Positions 1 to 7,325 of a DNA stretch of 64,000 nucleotides are shown one piece after another. The DNA lies in the NCBI GenBank assembly GCA_964575865.1, contig CAZNSZ010000004.1:21178-85177 (forward strand). Reading direction: 5' to 3'. The stretch's first letter is position 1; each line of letters begins with the position of its first letter. Both the position numbers and the translations under genes were made by a program. The stretch comes from an uncultured Bacteroides sp. (GTDB lineage Bacteria > Bacteroidota > Bacteroidia > Bacteroidales > GCA-2748055). The notes beneath the pieces were generated by a model, which did not search any database, was not told the DNA's origin, and saw only the letters and a list, made by a program, of their open reading frames with translations.

Positions 1-732
1 CCGGAACATGGTCTCCAGGTTTTCCAGCCCGTAGGTCTGCCGGTAGGCCAGGGAATCCCTGTTGCCATAGACCTCAAAGGCTCCCAGTCCGGGTACCTGA
101 ATGGTCTCGGTCCGCCGGAAGACCTTGTGGTAGGGGATGTACTTGAATTTGCCATTGTGCAGGAACCGGGCCCCTTCGTTCCCGGCAAGGACCACATTCC
201 TGGGATTCCATGTGAATTTGTATTGCCAGGGATTGTTTTCGTAGCCGGGTGCCACCAGTCCGCCGGTACTCGATTCAAAAGCCAGCAGCCGTTCCCCTTC
301 CTCCGCGATCCGGTGGATCCCCTGCATGGCTGACATGTGATCGATCCCCGGATCCACTCCGCATTCGTTCATCAGGACGATCCCCTTCTCCCTGGCCGCC
401 TGATCGAGTGCACGGATGGCCGGGGTCAGGTAGGAGGCGGTGACCAGGTTCCTGGCCGTCTCCACACAGGTTTCCGCAACCAGGTGGTGCATGCGGGCAG
501 GCAAAAGACTGATCACGATGGAGGCTGCAGCGATCTCAGTGCGGCGCTGCCCCGGGTGGAACACATCGAAGGCAAAGGCTTCGCCGGAAGGATGGCCGTG
601 GATCCTTTGATGTGCTTTTTCCGGGTCGATATCTCCCACCCTGACTTTCCACTGCCCGGCTGAATGGTCAAGGAAATACCCGATCAGGGTGTCGGAGGAG
701 AGGCCCGCTCCCAGGATGAGGATGGTGTGCAT
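1..732 (-). CDS. saccharopine dehydrogenase family protein, N-terminal 244 aa (3' end lies beyond the window start)
   Basis: ATG at 732-730. My own minus-strand translation reads MHTILILGAGLSSDTLIGYF...NECGVDPGIDHMSAMQ...FTWNPRNVV, with a Rossmann GxGxxS N-terminus and the GxDPGIDH block typical of LYS9-type saccharopine dehydrogenases. The frame is open down to position 1. It is missing from the ORF track because it runs off the edge. Confidence 0.7.
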   Translation of the reverse strand, partial: MHTILILGAGLSSDTLIGYFLDHSAGQWKVRVGDIDPEKAHQRIHGHPSGEAFAFDVFHPGQRRTEIAAASIVISLLPARMHHLVAETCVETARNLVTASYLTPAIRALDQAAREKGIVLMNECGVDPGIDHMSAMQGIHRIAEEGERLLAFESSTGGLVAPGYENNPWQYKFTWNPRNVVLAGNEGARFLHNGKFKYIPYHKVFRRTETIQVPGLGAFEVYGNRDSLAYRQTYGLENLETMFR

Positions 733-750
733 GGTGGCAAATTTGAAAAT

Positions 751-758
751 CAAATATA
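751..758 (-). promoter_or_regulatory. candidate Bacteroidota -7 promoter box (TATATTTG) for the saccharopine dehydrogenase gene
   Basis: Plus-strand caaatata gives minus-strand TATATTTG, an exact match to the TAnnTTTG consensus, 18 nt upstream of the ATG at 732. No clean -33 TTTG at the canonical spacing. Confidence 0.35.
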
Positions 759-765
759 CAAAAGT

Positions 766-795
766 GTACCCTCAGCCGTGGTTGGCACCGGGTAC
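766..795 (-). terminator. possible hairpin terminator downstream of ribE
   Basis: GTACCC (766-771) pairs with GGGTAC (790-795), with further internal pairing possible. On the minus strand it is followed by the T-rich ACTTTTGTATATTTG. Confidence 0.3.
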
Positions 796-837
796 TCTAA
801 AACATATGCCGTTCATGGGGGTGGGTGGGGATGACGA

Positions 838-1437
838 TTATTTGCCCAGCTGGTTTTTCAGGATGCGGGCAATGTACTTTCCGATGATGTCGAATTCGAT
901 ATTCACCACGCTTCCCGGTTGCAACTGATGAAAGTTGGTCACCTCGTAGGTATAGGGGATGATCGCCACCTGGAAAGAGCGGTCCTGTGAATTGACCACC
1001 GTCAGGCTGACCCCGTTGACTGAAACCGATCCCTTCTCCACCGTGATGTGCTCGTCGCTGGTGGGGGTATATGCAAAGGTATAGTACCAGCTTCCCTCGG
1101 CTTCGGTCACCCCGGTACAGGTAGCCGTCAGGTCCACATGACCCTGGACCATGTGTCCGTCCAGCCTGGCGTCCAGCCTGGTGCTGCGCTCCAGGTTGAC
1201 CTTGTCCCCTGCTTTCAACAAACCCAGGTTGGACTTCAGCAGGGTTTCCCTGATGGCCGTCACGGTGTAGGTTCCCTCACTGACGTCCACCACCGTCAGG
1301 CAGACCCCGTTGTGGGAGATGCTCTGATCGATCTTCAGCTCATTCACAAAGGAGCACCGCAGGGTGATGTGCAGGTTGTCCTGCTCTTTTTTCAGTGCGG
1401 TGACGGTGGCTGCTTCTTCGACGATACCTGAGAACAT
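838..1437 (-). CDS. ribE: riboflavin synthase (alpha chain)
   Basis: 199 aa. MFSGIVEE start and two internal lumazine-binding repeats (SHNGVCLTV... / ...SVNGVSLTV), typical of riboflavin synthase. Confidence 0.9.
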   Translation of the reverse strand: MFSGIVEEAATVTALKKEQDNLHITLRCSFVNELKIDQSISHNGVCLTVVDVSEGTYTVTAIRETLLKSNLGLLKAGDKVNLERSTRLDARLDGHMVQGHVDLTATCTGVTEAEGSWYYTFAYTPTSDEHITVEKGSVSVNGVSLTVVNSQDRSFQVAIIPYTYEVTNFHQLQPGSVVNIEFDIIGKYIARILKNQLGK

Positions 1438-1445
1438 AGAAAGTA

Positions 1446-1459
1446 GTTAGGAGTTAGGG
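1446..1459. repeat. two tandem heptamers GTTAGGA GTTAGGG in the metK-ribE spacer
   Basis: Same unit and same strand as the 8-copy array at 4924-4979. The second unit contains the metK TAA stop (1454-1456, minus). The array ends 8 nt from the ribE ATG (1437). Confidence 0.7.
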
Positions 1460-2713
1460 GAGGTTGAAGGCTTTTTTGAACTGGTCGGTCAGGTCCAGCT
1501 TTTCCCAGGTGAACAGTTCCACCTCTACGATGCGCTCGTCGAAATACTGGGAGGAGAATTTTTTTGTCACCATCCGGGGGGTGCGGCCCATGTGGCCGTA
1601 AGAGGCGGTTTCCCGGTAAATGGGATTCCTCAGCTTCAGCCGCTGCTCAATGGCGGCGGGTCTCAGGTCGTACAGTTCCTGGATCCTGCGGGCGATCTCC
1701 CCGTCGGTCATGTTCACCTTCTTTTTCCCATAGGTATTGACAAAGACCCCGATGGGTTCCACCACGCCGATGGCATAGGAGAGCTGAACCAGGATCTCAT
1801 CCGAAACACCGGCAGCTACCAGGTTCTTGGCAATGTGCCTGGCGGCGTAGGCAGCGGACCGGTCCACTTTGGAAGGATCCTTGCCCGAAAAGGCACCGCC
1901 CCCGTGGGCCCCTTTCCCTCCGTAGGTATCCACGATAATCTTTCTTCCGGTCAGCCCCGTATCCCCGTGCGGGCCTCCGATCACGAATTTACCCGTGGGA
2001 TTGACATGAAGAATGAATTCTTCGGTGAACAGCCCCTTCAGCCGTTCCGGGAGCTTGCGGACCATCCTCGGGATCAGGATCTCCCTGACATCCTTCCGGA
2101 TCTGACCCAGCATCTTTTCATCATCGGGATCGAACTCGTCGTGCTGTGTGGAAAGGACAATGGTGTGTACCCTGATCGGTATATCATCGTCACTGTATTC
2201 AATGGTCACCTGCGATTTGGCATCCGGTCTCAGGTAGGTCATGACTTCCTTCTCTTTCCGGATGGCGGCCAGCTCCAGCAGAATGCGGTGACTCAGCTCC
2301 AGTGGAAGGGGCATGAAATCGTCCGTTTCACTGGTGGCATACCCGAACATCATGCCCTGGTCCCCCGCTCCCTGGTTCATGGGATCACCCCGGTCCACCC
2401 CGCGGTTGATATCGGGAGACTGCTCATGGATGATGGTCATCACTCCGCAGGAATTGCACTCGAACTGGTAGGCACTCTGTGTATACCCGATATCACAGAT
2501 GACCTCCCGGGCGACTTTTTGTACATCGATATAGGTGGTGGTGTGGACCTCCCCCGCCAGGACCACCTGCCCGGTGGTGACCAGTGTCTCGCAGGCTACT
2601 TTCGACTGCGGATCATAGGCCAGGAATTCATCCAGGAGCGCATCCGAGATCTGATCGGCTATCTTGTCGGGATGTCCTTCCGAAACCGATTCTGAAGTAA
2701 ACAAATAGGCCAT
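1454..2713 (-). CDS. metK: S-adenosylmethionine synthetase
   Basis: 419 aa. Shows FTSESVSEGHPDK, GAGDQGMMFGYA and GGGAFSGKDPSKVDRSAAY signature blocks. Confidence 0.97.
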   Translation of the reverse strand: MAYLFTSESVSEGHPDKIADQISDALLDEFLAYDPQSKVACETLVTTGQVVLAGEVHTTTYIDVQKVAREVICDIGYTQSAYQFECNSCGVMTIIHEQSPDINRGVDRGDPMNQGAGDQGMMFGYATSETDDFMPLPLELSHRILLELAAIRKEKEVMTYLRPDAKSQVTIEYSDDDIPIRVHTIVLSTQHDEFDPDDEKMLGQIRKDVREILIPRMVRKLPERLKGLFTEEFILHVNPTGKFVIGGPHGDTGLTGRKIIVDTYGGKGAHGGGAFSGKDPSKVDRSAAYAARHIAKNLVAAGVSDEILVQLSYAIGVVEPIGVFVNTYGKKKVNMTDGEIARRIQELYDLRPAAIEQRLKLRNPIYRETASYGHMGRTPRMVTKKFSSQYFDERIVEVELFTWEKLDLTDQFKKAFNLP

Positions 2714-2834
2714 TTCTTCACAAGTTTAAACGTTCATGACCGAAGCGAAAGAGGGGACCAATTGCAGAGGGGATCCTGTTTTAGCATTGTTTTTGTGTGG
2801 TTGCAATCAGTCAAATCTATCCACAGCGGACCGA

Positions 2835-2865
2835 CAAAGGAAATAAATTTCGGTCATGTGGCAAA
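2835..2865 (-). promoter_or_regulatory. weak candidate metK promoter (-33 TTTG, 19-nt spacer, -7-like TTCCTTTG)
   Basis: Minus strand reads TTTG (2865-2862), then 19 nt, then TTCCTTTG (2842-2835). The spacing is canonical, but the -7 box has TT instead of TA. Confidence 0.2.
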
Positions 2866-2889
2866 AAAAAAGCAGCGTTTTCACGCTGC
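2863..2889 (-). terminator. rho-independent terminator after the TPR gene
   Basis: Minus strand reads GCAGCG-TGAAAA-CGCTGC followed by a run of nine T (plus-strand A-run 2863-2871), 28 nt after the stop at 2917. Confidence 0.75.
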
Positions 2890-2916
2890 TCTCTGTGATG
2901 TTTCGGCGGATGCAGG

Positions 2917-3897
2917 TTACTGACAACCGGGGATCGAGCTCATTTTCCGTTCGGCCCTGCTGAGAAATGGCTCTTCCACCACATTTTTCAGAGCCTCACA
3001 TGCCTTTTCATACTCCACGGTGTTCTGGTATGCGCTTCCAAGCTCAAAGTTGATGGCGGAGATCCATACGGGCTCCGTTTCGTTCTCCAGCGCCTTTACG
3101 GCATATTCAATGGCTGCATCGTATTGTACATCCTTGTTTTTGACAAGGGCCATGTGGTAAAGGGCACGGGGATTGTTCGGATTGGCCTCCAGGGCTTTTT
3201 CACAGGCCTCCACCACGTAGGTGTAATCCAGTTCTTCGGGATCGACCATCTCCATCTCTTCCATGATGAATTTGTTGTAATAGGCATCGATCACCCCGTT
3301 GATCTGATTCACCGTTTCCATGTCGTTGTTGGAACTGGCACCTTCCTTGGCCATGTTGAACTCCTGCAGCATCATTTCAGGTTCGTCCTGGTCCATATAG
3401 ACCATTCCTTTACCCTGGTGTGCCTGGAAAAGGTCAGGATTCATCTCAAGGGCCTTGTCAAAATAGCCGAGGGCCTCATCGTAGGATTTGTTCTTGTAAG
3501 TGCGCTGTCCCTCCACCATGTAGGACTGCATCAGGTACCTGGTGGCTTTCTGCTTTGAGTCGTCATTGTTGGCGTAGGAATCGGCAGTCTCAATGGTCTT
3601 CTCCAGATAGGGGATGGCATTATCGAACTGCCTGCGCTTGAGGAACAGCGTGGCCTGCCTGTAATAGGCCAGCGGGATCTGCTCTTCCGCTTTTACTTTC
3701 AGGTCAGTGGCGGAATCACCCACTGCTTCGGCAAGGGTGAGTACCTGGTTGAAATGATCCAGTGAGGCGATATATTCCTGTGTGTTGATCTTGGCAACGC
3801 CTTCGTTGAATTCATTGATCACATCCGTGAGGGTCTGGGCGGAAAGTGAACCGGCCATTATTACTCCTCCGAGAATGGCGAAAACTCGTAATTTCAT
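2917..3897 (-). CDS. secreted tetratricopeptide (TPR)-repeat protein
   Basis: 326 aa. Signal peptide MKLRVFAILGGVIMAGSLSAQ. Repeated A/Y/L-rich helical pairs (YDEALGYFDKALEMNPD, YDAAIEYAVKAL, YEKACEALKNV). Confidence 0.7.
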   Translation of the reverse strand: MKLRVFAILGGVIMAGSLSAQTLTDVINEFNEGVAKINTQEYIASLDHFNQVLTLAEAVGDSATDLKVKAEEQIPLAYYRQATLFLKRRQFDNAIPYLEKTIETADSYANNDDSKQKATRYLMQSYMVEGQRTYKNKSYDEALGYFDKALEMNPDLFQAHQGKGMVYMDQDEPEMMLQEFNMAKEGASSNNDMETVNQINGVIDAYYNKFIMEEMEMVDPEELDYTYVVEACEKALEANPNNPRALYHMALVKNKDVQYDAAIEYAVKALENETEPVWISAINFELGSAYQNTVEYEKACEALKNVVEEPFLSRAERKMSSIPGCQ

Positions 3898-3929
3898 AAG
3901 GCAATCATTTGGTTAACAAACTGAGTCGA

Positions 3930-3937
3930 CAAATATA
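3930..3937 (-). promoter_or_regulatory. candidate -7 promoter box (TATATTTG) for the TPR gene
   Basis: Exact TAnnTTTG on the minus strand, 32 nt upstream of the ATG at 3897. Confidence 0.35.
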
Positions 3938-3960
3938 TAAATAATGTAAACAAATACAAT

Positions 3961-3978
3961 GCCATTTTGTTTAATGGC
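3961..3978 (-). terminator. weak hairpin after gldA
   Basis: Minus strand reads GCCATT-AAACAA-AATGGC followed by the T-rich ATTGTATTTGTTT. The stem is only 6 bp. Confidence 0.25.
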
Positions 3979-4000
3979 CATCTGTATAACTATCAGAATG

Positions 4001-4918
4001 TTACTGATTGGTGATCTCCCGGAACACCTCTTCCAGGCTTTTCTCACGCAGGTGAAGGGACAGGATGGTAAGCCCTTGATTGATTGCGTATTTTGATACT
4101 TCGCCCCGGATATCCCTTGCCTCGATGGATTCCAGGAGGAACTGGTTCCCTTCCAGGTGCCGGACGCGATGGATAAACGGGAGCTGTTCCCAGTTCCCCG
4201 TATCGATGGGAGCATCCGTTTCCAGTAAGATGGTCCGCACTTGCCCTTCGCTTCGTCCCCTCAGGGAACCGGCGGCTTCATCCGCAACGATCCTCCCCTT
4301 ACTGATGATGACCACCCTGTCGCAGATGGCCTCCACCTCCTGCAGGATGTGGGTGGAGAGCAGGATGGTCTTTGTTTTACCGATGGTGGAGATCAGTCCC
4401 CGGATCTCCACCAGCTGGTTCGGATCGAGTCCCGATGTGGGTTCATCCAGGATCAGGATCTCAGGATCGTGGATCAGGGCCTGGGCGAGTCCCACCCTTT
4501 GCCTGTATCCTTTCGAAAGAGCCCCGATCTTCTTCCCGATCTCGGGCGACAGCCCGGTCATCCCCACTACCTCATCGATCCGCTTCCCTGCCTTTTGCCT
4601 TGGTATCCGGTACAATCCTGCCACATGTTCCAGGTATTCGCGGATATAGAGTTCCGGGTAGAGGGGGTTGTGTTCGGGCAGGTAACCGATGATCCTCCGG
4701 ATCTCCATGGAATGCTCCCGGACAGGCATCTCCCTGATGGTGACCGATCCTTCGTCGGGCGGAAGGGTGCCGGTGATGATCTTCATGGTGGTGGACTTTC
4801 CGGCACCGTTGGGCCCGATAAATCCCACGATTTCCCCTGAACCCACACTGAAAGAGACCCGGTCCACCGCCGTCTGGGCTCCAAAACGCTTGGTGATGTT
4901 GTGGATGGTGAGGGACAA
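4001..4918 (-). CDS. gldA: gliding-motility ABC transporter ATP-binding protein GldA
   Basis: 305 aa. Walker A GPNGAGKST, signature LSKGYRQR, Walker B LILDEP. The block IGYLPEHNPLYPELYIREYLE matches my memory of Flavobacterium GldA. The start is TTG at 4918, with TAA stops upstream in every frame. Confidence 0.75.
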   Translation of the reverse strand: MSLTIHNITKRFGAQTAVDRVSFSVGSGEIVGFIGPNGAGKSTTMKIITGTLPPDEGSVTIREMPVREHSMEIRRIIGYLPEHNPLYPELYIREYLEHVAGLYRIPRQKAGKRIDEVVGMTGLSPEIGKKIGALSKGYRQRVGLAQALIHDPEILILDEPTSGLDPNQLVEIRGLISTIGKTKTILLSTHILQEVEAICDRVVIISKGRIVADEAAGSLRGRSEGQVRTILLETDAPIDTGNWEQLPFIHRVRHLEGNQFLLESIEARDIRGEVSKYAINQGLTILSLHLREKSLEEVFREITNQ

Positions 4919-4923
4919 GGAAG

Positions 4924-4979
4924 GTTAGTGGTTAGCGGTTAGGAGTTAGGAGTTAGGGGTTAGGGGTTAGGGGTTAGCC
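4924..4979. repeat. 8 x 7-nt in-phase tandem repeat: GTTAGTG GTTAGCG GTTAGGA GTTAGGA GTTAGGG GTTAGGG GTTAGGG GTTAGCC
   Basis: Read directly, with units starting at 4924, 4931, 4938, 4945, 4952, 4959, 4966 and 4973. The GTTAG core is invariant. The last unit supplies the usp TAA stop (4974-4976, minus). The array ends 5 nt from the gldA TTG start. Confidence 0.95.
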
Positions 4980-5816
4980 GTACATGAACTGGCCCACTTT
5001 GGCGAAGTTGGACTTGGGATTCACGCACATCACGGGGATCTTTTCATTGTTGGAGAGCAGGTATTGCTCTTTGGCGCCGAAAATATAATCGACCTTGGTG
5101 ATGTGCTTGGTGGTGGTGATCAGGATCAGGTCGGCCTGGATCTTTTTGGAAAACGCCAGCAGCTCCTTCTGAAAATTGCGCGAACGGGTCGAGGTATGGA
5201 TCTCATACTCAATGTTGTTCTGTATCAGGAAGCGGATGGCAAAATTCAGGTTCACGTTCACCTTTTTCTGCAGGTCCTTGTCCATCACCGGTGCTTTGTA
5301 CAGGTGAATTTTTGAATTCAGGTACTTGCCCAGGAAGATGGCCCACTGTAGCTTCTCCTTATTCTCCGATTTGAAGTCGATGGGGAAAACGATATCGGTG
5401 TACCTGACCTTCTGCGCGGGCTCTTCCTGCACCACGATGAAGGGAACGGCCGAGCCTGCAATGACCCGCAGGGCCCAGCTGCCGAACAGCTTCTGGCTGC
5501 CTTTCATTCCATGGGTCCCCATGACCACCAGGTTGATCCTGTTGCTTTCTTCAGATGCAAAGTCGGCGATCTCCTTGAAAATCCTGCCCTGATGGATGTG
5601 ATAGGTCACCTCCTCGGCCATCTCTTTCCGAATCTCTTCCACCACCTCGTCCATCCTCTTTCTGGCACCCTCTTCCTCTGCGGCATCCTTCACGATATGA
5701 AACAGCAATATGTCGTTCTTGACAATGTGTGCAAGCTTGATGGCATGCTTGAGCGCATGATAGGAAACAGCAGAAAAATCCCAGGTTACCATGATGGACT
5801 TCTTCTCTTGTTCCAT
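4974..5816 (-). CDS. tandem-domain universal stress protein (UspA family)
   Basis: Start moved to the internal ATG at 5816 (MEQEKKSIMVTWDFS...). Two Usp-like halves are present, with VVMGTHGMKGSQKLFGSWALRVIAGSAVPFIVV as a G-x2-G-x9-G(S/T)-type motif. Confidence 0.75.
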   Translation of the reverse strand: MEQEKKSIMVTWDFSAVSYHALKHAIKLAHIVKNDILLFHIVKDAAEEEGARKRMDEVVEEIRKEMAEEVTYHIHQGRIFKEIADFASEESNRINLVVMGTHGMKGSQKLFGSWALRVIAGSAVPFIVVQEEPAQKVRYTDIVFPIDFKSENKEKLQWAIFLGKYLNSKIHLYKAPVMDKDLQKKVNVNLNFAIRFLIQNNIEYEIHTSTRSRNFQKELLAFSKKIQADLILITTTKHITKVDYIFGAKEQYLLSNNEKIPVMCVNPKSNFAKVGQFMYG

Positions 5817-5926
5817 GGAGTTTTTTTTGGTCACTGGCAAAAGTAGTCGAATCTTTTTAGATTGTAAAGTTAACGTCTGCAAATTGATAAAATTGTATTT
5901 TAGTAGCCTGATCAAAACAGGCAGGT

Positions 5927-7315
5927 ATGAAGAGATCGACTGTAAAAGAGTTACTTGGTTCCGGGGAGGTGGACCGGGAGGTACTATTGAAGGGCTGGGT
6001 ACGGACCCGGAGGGGAAGCAGCCAGGTGGCGTTCATTGCCGTGAACGACGGAACCACCATCCACAACATCCAGGTGGTGGCCGATCCTTCCCTGTTTCCT
6101 GAAGCAGTCATGAAAAGGATCACCACCGGGGCCAGCATCAGCGTGACCGGCAGGCTGGTACGTTCCATGGGTAAGGGCCAATCCGTGGAAATACAGGCCG
6201 GTCAGATCGAGGTGCTGGGGGATGCCGATCCGGCCACCTATCCGCTTCAGAAGAAAGGGCACTCCTTCGAGTTCCTCAGGGAGATCGCCCACCTTCGCTT
6301 CAGGACCAATACCTTTGGTGCCGTGTTCAGGATCCGGCATGCGCTGGCCTTTGCGATCCACCGCTACTTCAATGACCGCGGGTTTTACTACCTGCACACC
6401 CCGATCATTACCGCTTCCGATGCAGAAGGGGCGGGAGCCATGTTCCGGGTCACCACCCTGGACCTGGACGATGTGCCCAGGGATGACCGCGGTGCAGTGG
6501 ATTTTTCACGTGACTTCTTCGGAAGGCCCACCAACCTGACCGTGTCGGGTCAGCTGGAGGGGGAACTGGGGGCCCTTGCACTCTCGTCCATCTACACCTT
6601 CGGACCCACCTTCAGGGCGGAGAATTCAAACACCCCCAGGCATGTGGCCGAGTTCTGGATGATCGAACCCGAAATGGCCTTTTACAATATCCATGACAAC
6701 ATGGACCTGGCGGAGGATTTCCTGAAATTCCTGATCCGGTATACCCTGGAGAATTGCCAGGACGACATCGACTTTCTCAATAAAATGGTGGACAAGGGAT
6801 TGCTGGAGCGTCTCAGGTTTATCCTGGAGCACCCGTTTGAAAGAAAAACTTACTCGGAAGCCATTGAGATCCTGAAAAAGTCGGGGAAGAAATTCGAATT
6901 CCCCGTGGAGTGGGGACTGGACCTGCAGGCCGAGCACGAGCGCTACCTGGTGGAGCAGCATTTCAAACGGCCCGTGATCCTGATCGATTATCCGATGGAT
7001 ATCAAAGCCTTCTATATGAAACAGAACAGTGACGGGAAGACGGTCAGGGCCATGGATGTCCTGTTCCCGATGATCGGGGAGATCATCGGAGGGTCCCAGC
7101 GGGAGGAGGATTACCAGAAGCTGGTCAGCCGGATGCGGGCGATGAATATTCCGGAAAAGGAATTGTGGTGGTACCTGGAAACTCGTAAATTTGGAACAGT
7201 GGAGCACAGTGGTTTCGGATTGGGCTTTGAACGCCTGCTCATGTTTATCACGGGGATGAGCAACATACGGGATGTGATCCCTTTTCCGAGAACACCGAAA
7301 AGCGCAGAGTTTTAG
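5927..7315 (+). CDS. asnS: asparaginyl-tRNA synthetase
   Basis: 462 aa. N-terminal OB-fold ([20 protein letters not shown]) and class II motifs ([36 protein letters not shown]). Confidence 0.95.
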   Translation: MKRSTVKELLGSGEVDREVLLKGWVRTRRGSSQVAFIAVNDGTTIHNIQVVADPSLFPEAVMKRITTGASISVTGRLVRSMGKGQSVEIQAGQIEVLGDADPATYPLQKKGHSFEFLREIAHLRFRTNTFGAVFRIRHALAFAIHRYFNDRGFYYLHTPIITASDAEGAGAMFRVTTLDLDDVPRDDRGAVDFSRDFFGRPTNLTVSGQLEGELGALALSSIYTFGPTFRAENSNTPRHVAEFWMIEPEMAFYNIHDNMDLAEDFLKFLIRYTLENCQDDIDFLNKMVDKGLLERLRFILEHPFERKTYSEAIEILKKSGKKFEFPVEWGLDLQAEHERYLVEQHFKRPVILIDYPMDIKAFYMKQNSDGKTVRAMDVLFPMIGEIIGGSQREEDYQKLVSRMRAMNIPEKELWWYLETRKFGTVEHSGFGLGFERLLMFITGMSNIRDVIPFPRTPKSAEF

Positions 7316-7325
7316 ACAATCAGTG

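Noticed and set aside
817-830. G-tract GGGGGTGGGTGGGG near the ribE stop as a G-quadruplex
   Set aside because: Only three usable G-runs are present, and no fourth run lies within a loop distance. This is most likely compositional noise.
1438-1453. FMN riboswitch upstream of ribE, and glmS ribozyme upstream of glmS (45742-45750)
   Set aside because: The spacers are only 16 nt and 9 nt, which is far too short for either RNA.
1592-2695. 367-aa plus-strand ORF antisense to metK
   Set aside because: It is codon-aligned with metK on the opposite strand (both use triplets starting at positions of the form 3n+2). Its potential stops therefore correspond to the sense codons TTA, CTA and TCA, which this GC3-rich genome avoids. 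The product is G/P/R/H-rich with no motif, whereas metK is unmistakable.
2714-2862. Canonical SAM-I (S-box) riboswitch call for the metK leader
   Set aside because: GCAACC and UGCUAAA-like fragments are present, but I could not find the AGAGnGG / GAGGGA / GGCCC elements or a four-way junction. It is kept only as an unclassified candidate in the findings.
4924-4979. Heptamer array as a CRISPR array or a telomere-type repeat (GGGTTAG resembles eukaryotic TTAGGG-type units)
   Set aside because: There are no spacers and the unit is only 7 nt, so it is not a CRISPR array. It is 56 nt long and internal, sitting between two ordinary bacterial genes, so the telomere resemblance is coincidental.
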